64,000 bases of DNA from Chrysomallon squamiferum (lineage: Eukaryota; Animalia; Mollusca): the NCBI GenBank assembly GCA_012295275.1, contig CM022665.1, forward strand, positions 49,154,975 through 49,218,974, read 5' to 3'. Below are positions 41,026 to 53,594 of this stretch, one piece after another (the first letter of the stretch is position 1; every line of letters begins with the position of its first letter). The position numbers and the translations under genes were made by a program. A model generated the notes under the pieces. The model worked only from the letters and a program-made list of their open reading frames with translations. It was not told the DNA's origin and ran no database searches.

Positions 41026-42030
41026 GCAAAGATATTAGCTGGTGTTCAGTCGAGTGTTTATTGACTGGTAGAATAAATTCTTGGACAAGTTTATGATAAG
41101 CCATTACCTTATACATAACACCCATTACAAGTTATTTCAATCAATAGTTTTGCTTGTTTGTAAATCTTATTTTTTTTCAGAATCATAAATTGTACAAAAT
41201 ATTATTTTAGTGTTGTTCATTGTAGAAATCTTTAACAAGAAATAAAATAGTTCGAAAAAATAAAAATATCGTCTTCAGTCGAACGATATATTTTATAACT
41301 CATTTCCATCATCATCACGATCATAATTATTGTTGTTGTTGTTGTTGTTGTTGTTATAAGAAAGTTTAAAAGAAAGTGTCCGTGGACCCCACCCTTCAAG
41401 CTATGGCCTGGGCACGTGCGTTACTTGATATATCTTATTTGTTTGTTTGTTTATTTTAAGTGCTTTACAATTAAAATGTATGTATTACCAATGATATTGT
41501 TCGTTTTCCCTTTTAAATATTTTTTTTTCATTTGGGAAAAGGTTTACTTGTTTGTTGGATTTTTTTTGTTTTTTTGTTTTAAATTATTCTTTATTTTGAC
41601 TTTCTAACTGTCTTAAAAAGTCTCCAGTTAATTAATTACCGTTTTATTTGATTTTTACTTCTCTGATTTTTTCTTCTTCTTCTTCTTCTTCTTATTATTA
41701 TTATTTTTATTTTTTTATTTTTTTTTTCTTGTAGTACTTGGTCAAGAAACGTATTTATTTTATATTGTTCGTTTTCCCTTTTAAATATTTTTTTCGTTTG
41801 GGAAAATGTCGAAATCAAAAGTACATAACGGATGTTTTTAAAACAATTTAAACTTGTAAAATCTAAAATAAGCAGACAAGTTAATCATTTTTTATTATTA
41901 ATTCTTTATTAAATAAAAAGAAAAAAGAAACACTAAGAAAAATAACATAAATAAGGTGTGTGACTTAGATTATGAGCAAGCAGTTCAGTGGTTTGGCAAG
42001 TCTATCTATATCTGTGTGTATCTAATTTCT

Positions 42031-42147
42031 GTCACGTGACAGTTACCTCGGAGTGACGACCCACATACATTTTGTTGTCAGTTTCTAATACTCGATCAGT
42101 TTGAGCTTTGCTTTCCAGAAATAACGTGATTAGGAATTTAGGTAAGT
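42031..42147 (+). promoter_or_regulatory. Putative promoter/first exon module, copy 3
   Basis: GTCACGTGAC at 42031; donor GTAAGT at 42142. Confidence 0.48.
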
Positions 42148-43845
42148 TGATAAACATTTTAATAATAGTTTTCTGTGTATAGTAATTTATGTTTGTAATT
42201 ACATATTTATGTCTGTAGATAAATCTATATTTTTTAAATGAATGAAAGGGGATCTGAGTATTACTTTCTTGTTTACTTTGTGTAAATTTTCAAAGGTAAT
42301 AATTAGGTTTTATCTTGTTTTACTATCCTATCATATATTTAGGTAAAAACGACTTTTTTATATATCTCCACACTTCTGCAATATCGTTTTTAATAATAGT
42401 TATGAGTAAATATAGTTAGTGTTAAGACAAATATTTAAAATTATTAGCTTTCTTCGGCTAACATTATAAAATATTTCCGTGCTCTTTCTTTCTTCTGTGA
42501 AACTGAAACTTGTACGGACAAAATATTTTCTGTTTGAGAACTGGGTACATAATTATTTACTAGTTTGAGCTGGGCTTTACAGAAATAATGTGATTAGCAA
42601 TTGATAAACATTTCAATCTGTATCTAGTAATTTATACCTGTAAATAGATATTTTTTAAATGTACAAAAGTGATTTTAACATTACTTCCTTGTTTACGTTG
42701 TGTACATTTTCACAGCTAATAACGAAGCTTTTCTCATGGATTTTACTGAATTCCGTGGCTCATGTGAAAAATGCATAAACCTTTGATTTAGTTTTAAAAA
42801 AAGGTTTAATAATAAAACTAGTATTCTAAATAATGGTTACGTTATAACCTGATTTACTATATCCACGTAGTAGAGAAAACGACTTTCTTTTGTATTTGTT
42901 ACGAGAAGGTCACAAAGATTTGTCTGACCCACTTCTTGAATATGATTCTCAGTAATTGTCAGAAGCGTACAGAGTTAGTGTTCAGACGAACATTTAAAAT
43001 TATTAGATTTGTGTTGCTAACATTATAAAGTTTTTCCTTTGTTCTTTCTCTGCTTCGTGAAAGACCCACTATTCCTGACAAAATTTCAGTTAAAAACAGA
43101 AAAAACAACAATATGAAGCAATCTTTAAAGAAAAAAGTTGGAATTTTTAAACTTCTGTTTTCTTTTTTTCAAGATATATCTCAAGATGTTTTCTGTCATT
43201 TTTAAGCATATGCAGACCAGTTTTATTTCTGAATCATCCGATTTACTGTGCATCAGAGAAAATCGTCAGATGCAATCCTTCTGGTATTTTATAATTTAGA
43301 TATACTTTTTATTTGTTTATTTATTTCTGAGAGGGTATCAGTGAAACTTTTCACCAGTTTTCACAGAGCGATAACAAAAGCTGCTGTTAGACTCAATATT
43401 AAAAGTTCACGGTTTTACAAGTGGACTCTGTATATTCAGAATATTTTACAGAATCAGTTTTTGTTATTGTGCAACTATTTAGATCGTTTTAAACAATAGT
43501 TATGAGTATACATAATAAGTTTTGAAACTAATATTTAAAATTATTAGCATTACTCGGCTAATATAAAATACTTCCGTGCTGTTTTTTCCTTTTGTGAAAC
43601 TGAAACGTGTACGGAAGTTTGAGAACAGGGTACATAATGATTTACTATTCAGTATAATGTTAAGTTTCTCGTTTTGAAATGATTAAATCCTACGTATTAA
43701 AAAAGAAATTTTTAATTTGCATTTGATTTATATATTTATTGATCTTTTGTTATTATTATTTCTTGTTTTGTCTATTTGTGGTTGTTTTTCTTCTCTTTTC
43801 TCTGTGGCTGTTGGTGAATTTATAGAATCGAACAGCAGTATCGGG

Positions 43846-43945
<100 letters not shown>

Positions 43946-45073
43946 TTTTTTTTTGCATTACATCATGCTACATAGGGATAGTTATTAACATGAAAACAGC
44001 TGATATTAAAATTCACATCGAGCAAAATAAGGTCAAATTGCTGTCCTCTGCAGTTTTCTTGATGAATTACGATTTCCAGTAGCTTTAAGAACTTTAGGTT
44101 CTTTGTAGCTTGGTCCACAGGCCAGAGGTAAGCAATGTTGTAATTATAAATCCACCTAGTTTATTAAGTTAGTTGGGGGAGGGGGAAGGAAGACAGAAAG
44201 AAACAAAAAAATAAGAACAAATCTCAAAAATTGATGGCAGAAGAGTGAAAAGAAAAAAATTAGAAATAAAAGTTACTGCCGCAGACAGCAATATTTCAAG
44301 AGGGGAGGGCGAGGGAGGCTGCTATCCCTAGAATTGACGAAATCCCGAGCCTTAACCGTCCAAAAACCATTGACAAAACGTCCACATACCTAGTGACCAT
44401 TTTGTCGGCTGCCAAAGTTTTACTGGTGAATGTCTACCTTGCAGCTTTACGAATAAATTGTCTGTTAAAACTATCTCTAATTTCAACATCAGAACTTCTA
44501 GTGTTAGTAGCTCAAGATAAAATCCTCAAAAGTCTATATATACAGTAAATATTACTTTATTTCTTGAGGTTAACAATCAATATAGAATCAGTTTCTGTAG
44601 AAATTTAACACGTTCCAGTTTTGTGTTAATAATTATACTAAAATTAAATTTTATTTAAATTCATAAACAGTTAAAGACAGAGTCACAAACGGTGAAGAAA
44701 TACAGAGACCTGAATCTATTTATAGAACAATCACGTAAAAAACACGGATTTTTTTCTGATATTAAGCTTTGTTACGTTAGTTTTACGACTGATAACATAA
44801 CAGTTGTTTTTTTATCTCTGGAATTATCTCTTTCTATAAATAACAAATAGTGATGTTAAGAAACATTAACATGTGCGTCGTCTTTTCGCAAACACAAAAT
44901 CTTTTTTCTAGATTAACCAGATAAATCATGAATATAATTGATCTATTTAAATAAAATGAGTGAAAACTGCATTCCATATTTCTAATGTAAAGTCATAACA
45001 GTGTGACAATAAACAGTCCACACACGTTTATCTCTAAAATGTTTATTTTAATTTCATATTTCTCAAATTACAG

Positions 45074-45128
45074 AGGCAAGTGAGTGACAACCAAGTCGAA
45101 ATGACAGAGAGGAGCATTCAGTCATCAG
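45074..45128 (+). pseudogene. 55-nt copy of the 51-nt exon with a 4-nt duplication
   Basis: ttacAG...TCAG|gt; caagTGAGtgac insertion. Confidence 0.55.
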
Positions 45129-46315
45129 GTATTTTTACACCTTAGAAAACGTAACTAATAAAGTAATTGTCACAAAATCAATCTGTTTATTTTAAATTTG
45201 TCTCTATTTCGTAAACAAGTTAACAATACCTGTGAAACAAAGAAATAATTGCCTAGTTAAATGGTCTATACATCCAATAAATTTGCATGGCAATAAAATA
45301 TTCGTATCTCGTAATTTTAGTAGCTTACAGGACCCAGCAATGATTTTTACGTGACTCACATCTTTCAATAAATATACGAACGTAAACGTCTATAATGTAT
45401 CTCAGTTAGTAGAATGTTTGTCAGTGATTTCTAACTATTGCAAATATGACAAAGATCTCCTTCACATCCTTGTTTCACAATTTATCACAAAAATTAATCT
45501 TGCAATTTTATTAATGTGCTGGTTTCGTATTCAAATAGTTTGTATATCTGGGACTTCGTACATTTTTCTAATGTAAATGACTGCTATATGAACTATATTC
45601 TTATAATCGTAAGCTCAAATTCACTTTACACATTTTATAATTTATTACTACTTTTTTCACGATTAAATGCAGTTAAATCATCCTATTACAAGATATGTTA
45701 AATTTAAAAAACAAAAAAGTTACACAAGCTTTGTAAATTTTAGGATTTGTTAGCTTCGTTTCAAACTTTATGTAACAAGTGACCCTCGTTTTAATAAAAA
45801 GTAATTTGCATCTTCACCATTCGAAATGATGTCTGACTTGAAAGTAGTCGTAACCTTTAAACCTTTTTGAAATCATTTTATTTATTTATTCATTTATTTA
45901 TTCATATATTTATTTATTTATTCATTTATCTCTTTTATTATTACTATTGAAAGGACCTGTGTGTCGCACAATTTGATATATCTGTAAACTCTGTTTCTGA
46001 AAAAGTTATCTACAGACACGGAGAAGCGCCTTTAGTATTTTGTATCCTAGGTGAAACACGCACATATCTAACGAAAACGTTCAATTTCCTACTTAGAAGT
46101 CGTCTGTGGATGCTTAGAACAATTCATTCTTACAAAAAATAATCTCAATTCTAGACTGACGCGACAAATCATGAATATAATTGATCCATTTAAATAAAAT
46201 GAGTGAAAATTTCATAGAATATTTCTAATGTGAAATCATAACAGTGTGACGAAGCTCACTTCACAGATGTTAATTTAAAAATGTTTATTTTAATTTCATA
46301 TTTCTCAGATTACAG

Positions 46316-46366
46316 AGCCAAGTGACAACCAAGTCGAAATGACAGAGAGGAGCATTCAGTCATCAG
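46316..46366 (+). CDS. 51-nt phase-1 exon, EPSDNQVEMTERSIQSS
   Basis: ttacAG acceptor, CAG|gtaatt donor; flanks belong to the 1-6.5 kb intron family. Confidence 0.65.
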
Positions 46367-46598
46367 GTAATTTTACACCTTGTTAAACGTGCACTAAGAG
46401 CAGGTTATTTATAGGTGTATATCTTACAGGAAATGTATACAATTATGAAGAAGCCGACATGTGTACACAGACAAAACACGTGATCGCCCGTCCTGCTTTT
46501 TCTGCGGTGGAGGTCTTAACGCAAGGCTGTTTCCGCGAGGCATTTCATGAAATACATTTAAGTAGTGAACAAAATATCATACAAAACAAAAGAATGAC

Positions 46599-46645
<47 letters not shown>

Positions 46646-46770
46646 TAAATAAATAAATAAATCTAAAATTGGTGAATCAACATACTTTAATTCAAAATTG
46701 TTCCGTGATTTTATATTACAATGCAATTTCTAAGTCTTTTGCTTTTGTTGTTGTACTTCTTCTACATCAG

Positions 46771-48019
46771 CCCCACCATTGTATGCACCACGTCAAAGCG
46801 ACTATGTCGACGTACAAAGACGCATTTCGTCTTTTGGACAGCGGTGGCCTCATTCTGACAACCAGTCTCCGACAGAACTGGCAAAAGCCGGTTTCTTCTT
46901 CACTGGTTAGTACAACTCTTACTTAATTAGTAGAAATCTTCACATTTTAATAATCATTTGAAAATCTTCTTCCTCTAATTTATACTTCTACCATATAAAT
47001 ATTGTTTATCTTAATGTTACTTTCAATAGCAACTTCAAATACTTGACGTCTTAATAGTCATTGGAACATTTGTCCATTTTAATAGTCGTTTAAAATCTGA
47101 CATTTCAATTGATTTTCAAAACGTTAGGTATTTTAACAATAATTTAGAATCTTTGACATTATAATACTGAATTCAATTTTTCACCATTTTAATGTTCATC
47201 TCGAATTTTAAATTTCTGATAGAAATTTAGATTTTCATTTGTATACGTATTTTAACTGTCGTTTGACTTTTTTGACAGTTAAATAGTTCTGTGAAGTTAC
47301 TGACTGTTTGACAGTCTTTTGAAATTCTTTTCTATTTCCAAATTTTACAGCACGAAATATACATTGTTACCAGTACTAGGCATCTGATTATTGTTACAGA
47401 CGAAATAAATAAATAAATAAATTAATTAATTAATTTAAAAAGTCATCTAAGAACTTGGAAGAAAAACAGAGCTTATTTTTAATTCACGACATTTGTCCGT
47501 ATAGTTTATATTGCAATTTAGTTTCTAAATGTTCTATTCTGGCTGTTGCTGCTTTTTTTTTGTTGTTGTTTTTATATGAAACTCAGTATGAACATTTGTC
47601 TGACTTTAGTTAAGAGGAAACAAAAAAATAACAAGAAGAACAAAAATATAAAACACAAACATAATTTCTTTGTTGTATTATTTTAGTTTCGTTGTTATTG
47701 TATATCACAGTTCCACATAATATTATTCTCCTGTTAAACTGCCGTGCGTATGTCTGTGTCTGTTTGTGTGTCAGTGTGTTGTGTTGATTAGTGAGTAGAA
47801 ATGTATACAATTATGAACAAGCTCATTTATGTGTACACAGGCAAAACACGTGATAGCACGTCCTGCTTTCACTGCGGCGGAGGTCTTTCTAATTGGATGC
47901 AGGGACAAAACCCTTACGTGGAACACGCCAGATGGTTTCCAGAATGCGATTTCATCAGACATGTGAAGGGAGACAATTTTGTGGATTTGGTACAAGAAAT
48001 GGATGAAAATGAAGAGCAG
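46771..48019 (+). CDS. Split BIR: exon A 46771-46905 (135 nt, phase 1-1) + exon B 47841-48019
   Basis: ttctacatcAG acceptor; [26 protein letters not shown]...[10 protein letters not shown]. Confidence 0.82.
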
Positions 48020-48318
48020 GTAAGTAGCTGACATTTTTAACTTTACCACGAAAATATTAAACTTGCATAAATATGTGTACCGGTGTTTTCACTAGGAATC
48101 AGAAATCGCTGGTGAGAGGAAGAAACTGAACCGGTTACGGTAAGTGAAAATCTGAGCACATGGTTCAAGAACTTCTGAGCAGATTAGATGTCAGTTCAGT
48201 GTTACCAGGATTGGAATCTGCTGGTAAGAGTTTGGTCACTAGATGTTGTGGTGTTGTTTTTAGTGATTCTCATCAAAGTTCTTCACAGCTTTGCGACAAT
48301 AATTTACTAATCTTTCAG

Positions 48319-49604
48319 CTGTCCAGTCTTCTGTTTGAAAACTCCTTTTCATCAGCCCCGCCATTGAAAACACCAGGTCACAGCGACTACGTCGACGTAC
48401 AAAGACGCATTTCGTCTTTTGAACAGCGGTGGCCTCATTCTGACAACCAGTCTCCGACAGAACTGGCAGAAGCCGGTTTCTTCTTCTCTGGTTAGTGCAA
48501 CTCTTACTTAATTAGTAGAAATCTTCACATTTTAATAATCATTTGAAAATCTTCTTCCTCTAATTTATACTTCTACCATATAAATAGTTTTTATCTTAAT
48601 GTTACTTTCAATAGCAACTTCAAATACTTGACGTCTTAATAGTCACTGGAACATTTGTCCATTTTAATAGTCGTTTAAAATCTGACATTTCAATTGATTT
48701 TCAAAACGTTAGGTATTTTAACAATAATTTAGAATCTTTGACATTATAATACTGAATTCAATTTTTCACCATTTTAATGTTCATCTCGAATTTTAAAGTT
48801 CTGATAGAAATTTAGATTTTCATTTGTATACGTATTTTAACTGTCGTTTGACTTTTTTGACAGTTAAATAGTTCTGTGAAGTTACTGACTGTTTGACAGT
48901 CTTTTGAAATTCTTTTCTATTTCCAAATTTTACAGCACGAAATATACATTGTTACCAGTACTAGGCATCTGATTATTGTTACAGACGAAATAAATAAATA
49001 AATAAATTAATTAATTAATTTAAAAAGTCATCTAAGAACTTGGAAGAAAAACAGAGCTTATTTTTAATTCACGACATTTGTCCGTATAGTTTATATTGCA
49101 ATTTAGTTTCTAAATGTTCTCTTCTGGCTGTTGCTGCTTTTTTTTTGTTGTTGTTTTTATATGAAACTCAGTATGAACATTTGTCTGACTTTAGTTAAGA
49201 GGAAACAAAAAAATAACAAGAAGAACAAAAATATAAAACACAAACATAATTTCTTTGTTGTATTATTTCATTTTCGTTGTTATTGTATATCACAGTTCCA
49301 CATAATATTATTCTCCTGTTAAACTGCCGTGCGTATGTCTGTGTCTGTTTGTGTGTCAGTGTGTTGTGTTGATTAGTGAGTAGAAATGTATACAATTATG
49401 AACAAGCTCATTTATGTGTACACAGGCAAAACACGTGATAGCACGTCCTGCTTTCACTGCGGCGGAGGTCTTTCTAATTGGATGCAGGGACAAAACCCTT
49501 ACGTGGAACACGCCAGATGGTTTCCAGAATGCGATTTCATCAGACATGTGAAGGGAGACAATTTTGTGGATTTGGTACAAGAAATGGATGAAATTGAAGA
49601 GGAG
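48319..49604 (+). CDS. Split BIR: exon A 48319(or 48356)-48490 + exon B 49426-49604
   Basis: Both exons open. Confidence 0.78.
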
Positions 49605-49904
49605 GTAAGTAGTCGACATTTTTAACTTTACCACGAAAATTTTAAACTTGTATATAGATGTGTACCGGTGTTTTCACTAGGAATCAGAAATCGCTGGTGA
49701 TGAGGAATAAACTGAACCCGTTACGGTAAGTGAAAATCTGAGCACATGGTTCAAGAACTTCTGAGCAGATTAGATGTCAGTTCAGTGTTACCAGGATTGG
49801 AATCTGCTGGTAAGAGTTTTGTCACTGGATGTTGTGGTGTTCTTTTTAGTGATTCTCATCAAAGTTCTTCACAGCTTTGTGTCAATAATTTACTAATCTT
49901 TCAG

Positions 49905-51173
49905 CTGTCCAGTCTTCTATTTGAAAACTCCTTTTCATCAGCCCCGCCATCGAAAACACCACGTCACAGCGACTACGTCGACGTACAAAGACGCATTTCG
50001 TCTTTTGGACAGCAGTGGCCTCATTCTGACAACCAGTCTCCGACAGAACTGGCAGAAGCCGGTTTCTTCTTCTCTGGTTAGTGCAACTCTTACTTAATTA
50101 GTAGAAATCTTCACATTTTAATAATCATTTGAAAATCGTCTTCCTCTAATTTATACTTCTACCATATAAATAGTTTTTATCTTAATGTTACTTTCAATAG
50201 CAACTTCAAATACTTGACGTCTTAATAGTCACTGGAACATTTGTCCATTTTAATAGTCGTTTAAAATCTGACATTTCAATTGATTTTCAAAATGTTAGGT
50301 ATTTTAAAAATAATTTAGAATCTTTGACATTATAATACTGAATTCAATTTTTCACCATTTTAATCTTCATCTCGAATTTTAAAGTGCTGATAGAAATTTA
50401 GATTTTCATTTGTATACGTATTTTAACTGTCGTTTGACTTTTTTGACAGTTAAATAGTCCTGTGAAGTTACTGACTGTTTGACAGTCTTTTGAAATTCTT
50501 TTATAATTCCAATATTTACAGTATGAAATATACATTGTTACTAGTACTAGGCATCTGATTATTGTTACAGACGAAATAAATAAATAAATTTAAAAAGTCA
50601 TCTAAGAACTTGGAGCAAAAACACAGCTTATTTTTAATTCACGACATTTGTCCGTATAGTTTATATTGCAATTTAGTTTCTAAATGTTCTGTTCTGGCTG
50701 TTGCTGCTTTTTTTTGTTGTTGTTTTTATTATGAAACTCAGTATGAACATTTGTCTGACTTTAGTTAAGAGGAAACAAAAAAATAACAAGAAGAACAAAA
50801 ATATAAACACAAAAATAATTTCTTTGTTGTATTATTTCATTTTCGTTGTTATTGTATATCACAGTTCCACATAATATTATTCTCCTGTTAAACTGCCGTG
50901 CGTATGTCTGTGTCTGTTTGTGTGTCAGTGTGTTGTGTTGATTAGTGAGTAGAAATGTATACAATTATGAACAAGCTCATTTATGTGTACACAGGCAAAA
51001 CACGTGATAGCACGTCCTGCTTTCACTGCGGCGGAGGTCTTTCTAATTGGATGCAGGGACAAAACCCTTACGTGGAACACGCCAGATGGTTTCCAGAATG
51101 CGATTTCATCAGACATGTGAAGGGAGACAATTTTGTGGATTTGGTACAAGAAATGGATGAAATTGAAGAGGAG
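49905..51173 (+). CDS. Split BIR: exon A 49905-50076 + exon B 50995-51173
   Basis: Both exons open. Confidence 0.78.
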
Positions 51174-51473
51174 GTAAGTAGTTGACATTTTTAACTTTAC
51201 CACGAAAATATTAAACTTGTATATAGATGTGTACCGGTGTTTTCACTAGGAATCAGAAATCGCTGGTGATGAGGAATAAACTGAACCCGTTACGGTAAGT
51301 GAAAATCTGAGCACATGGTTCAAGAACTTCTGAGCAGATTAGATGTCAGTTCAGTGTTACCAGGATTGGAATCTGCTGGTAAGAGTTTTGTCACTGGATG
51401 TTGTGGTGTTGTTTTTAGTGATTCTCATCAAAGTTCTTCACAGCTTTGTGTCAATAATTTACTAATCTTTCAG

Positions 51474-52744
51474 CTGTCCAGTCTTCTATTTGAAAACTCC
51501 TTTTCATCAGTCCCGCCATTGAAAACACCACGTCACAGCGACTACGTCGACGTAAAAAGACGTATTTCGTCTTTTGGACAGCAGTGGCCTCATTCTGACA
51601 ACCAGTCTCCGACAGAACTGGCAGAAGCCGGTTTCTTCTTCTCTGGTTAGTGCAACTCTTACTTAATTAGTAGAAATCTTCACATTTTAATAATCATTTG
51701 AAAATCGTCTTCCTCTAATTTATACTTCTACCATATAAATAGTTTTTATCTTAATGTTACTTTCAATAGCAACTTCAAATACTTGACGTCTTAATAGTCA
51801 CTGGAACATTTGTCCATTTTAATAGTCGTTTAAAATCTGACATTTCAATTGATTTTCAAAATGTTAGGTATTTTAAAAATAATTTAGAATCTTTGACATT
51901 ATAATACTGAATTCAATTTTTCACCATTTTAATCTTCATCTCGAATTTTAAAGTGCTGATAGAAATTTAGATTTTCATTTGTATACGTATTTTAACTGTC
52001 GTTTGACTTTTTTGACAGTTAAATAGTCCTGTGAAGTTACTGACTGTTTGACAGTCTTTTGAAATTCTTTTATAATTCCAATATTTACAGTATGAAATAT
52101 ACATTGTTACTAGTACTAGGCATCTGATTATTGTTACAGACGAAATAAATAAATAAATTTAAAAAGTCATCTAAGAACTTGGAGCAAAAAAACACAGCTT
52201 ATTTTTAATTCACGACATTTGTCCGTATAGTTTATATTGCAATTTAGTTTCTAAATGTTCTGTTCTGGCTGTTGCTGCTTTTTTTTGTTGTTGTTTTTAT
52301 TATGAAACTCAGTATGAACATTTGTCTGACTTTAGTTAAGAGGAAACAAAAAAATAACAAGAAGAACAAAAATATAAACACAAAAATAATTTCTTTGTTG
52401 TATTATTTCATTTTCGTTGTTATTGTATATCACAGTTCCACATAATATTATTCTCCTGTTAAACTGCCGTGCGTATGTCTGTGTCTGTTTGTGTGTCAGT
52501 GTGTTGTGTTGATTAGTGAGTAGAAATGTATACAATTATGAACAAGCTCATTTATGTGTACACAGGCAAAACACGTGATAGCACGTCCTGCTTTCACTGC
52601 GGCGGAGGTCTTTCTAATTGGATGCAGGGACAAAACCCTTACGTGGAACACGCCAGATGGTTTCCAGAATGCGATTTCATCAGACATGTGAAGGGAGACA
52701 ATTTTGTGGATTTGGTACAAGAAATGGATGAAATTGAAGAGGAG
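51474..52744 (+). CDS. Split BIR: exon A 51474-51645 + exon B 52566-52744
   Basis: Both exons open. Confidence 0.78.
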
Positions 52745-53046
52745 GTAAGTAGTCGACATTTTTAACTTTACCACGAAAATATTAAACTTGTATATAGATG
52801 TGTAGCGGTATTTTCACTAGGAATTCAGAAATTTCTTAAATTTATTTCACATTTCTAATCCTTTCTGTGTCTATATATATTTAGTTAGTTAGTTACATAT
52901 TTATTTAGTTAATTAGTTCATTAACATGTTATTTAGGCACCATGTTTACTATTCTTGATATATTTCTCTTTATTATTACTATTGTTCATCTTGTAGTTTT
53001 TATTACTTTTGAAAATATTTCATTAGTGTTTCAAAATTTGTTTTAG

Positions 53047-53125
53047 ATTAACTATAAGCAAGTGATGGAGATTCTAAATGACTGTCCACCCGAATATGAT
53101 ATTCTCGGAACTGGAAATTATCAAG
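53047..53125 (+). CDS. 79-nt linker exon D (INYKQVMEILNDCPPEYDILGTGNYQ), phase 0 to 1
   Basis: ttttAG acceptor, AAG|gtaga donor; copy at 33219-33297 differs by one synonymous change (TGC/TGT). Confidence 0.65.
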
Positions 53126-53507
53126 GTAGATGTTAATAAAATAACATAAAAGTGCATAATAGATTTCTAACATAAAATGATTGCAATACAATGACTCCCT
53201 TTATTATGAGGTTAACTTTTGAGATTATAGATATATATATTTCTCTATTTTATTTTCTGGAGTAAGGAGTGCAATAGCAATGACACTTCAGAAAAGGATG
53301 ATGAGAAATGAAGCATTAACAAGAATCTCAATTTCTAAGCGACATTTTGTAACAACATCAAACTTATTTTCTCTATTGCCTGTAACTTGAATATAAATAT
53401 GATCATATAACAATCTAACGTGAAGAATTGCGAAAAAGTTTGTATATCTTTAAAGGTATTAAAGGTTTGATAGTTTTATACTCACTTTATTTATTTATTT
53501 ATTTATG

Positions 53508-53548
<41 letters not shown>

Positions 53549-53594
53549 TTTATTTTTTATTTTTTATTTTTTTTGACTGCGTTATATAATTCAG

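Larger units (their letters stand above)
46771..52830 (+). repeat. Tandem array 2: four ~1.57-1.58-kb BIR-exon units
   Basis: Exon B starts at 47841, 49426, 50995, 52566. Confidence 0.96.

Noticed and set aside
41375-41420. Short GC-rich patch resembling a MITE end (also 44170-44450)
   Set aside because: No matching inverted partner found by eye
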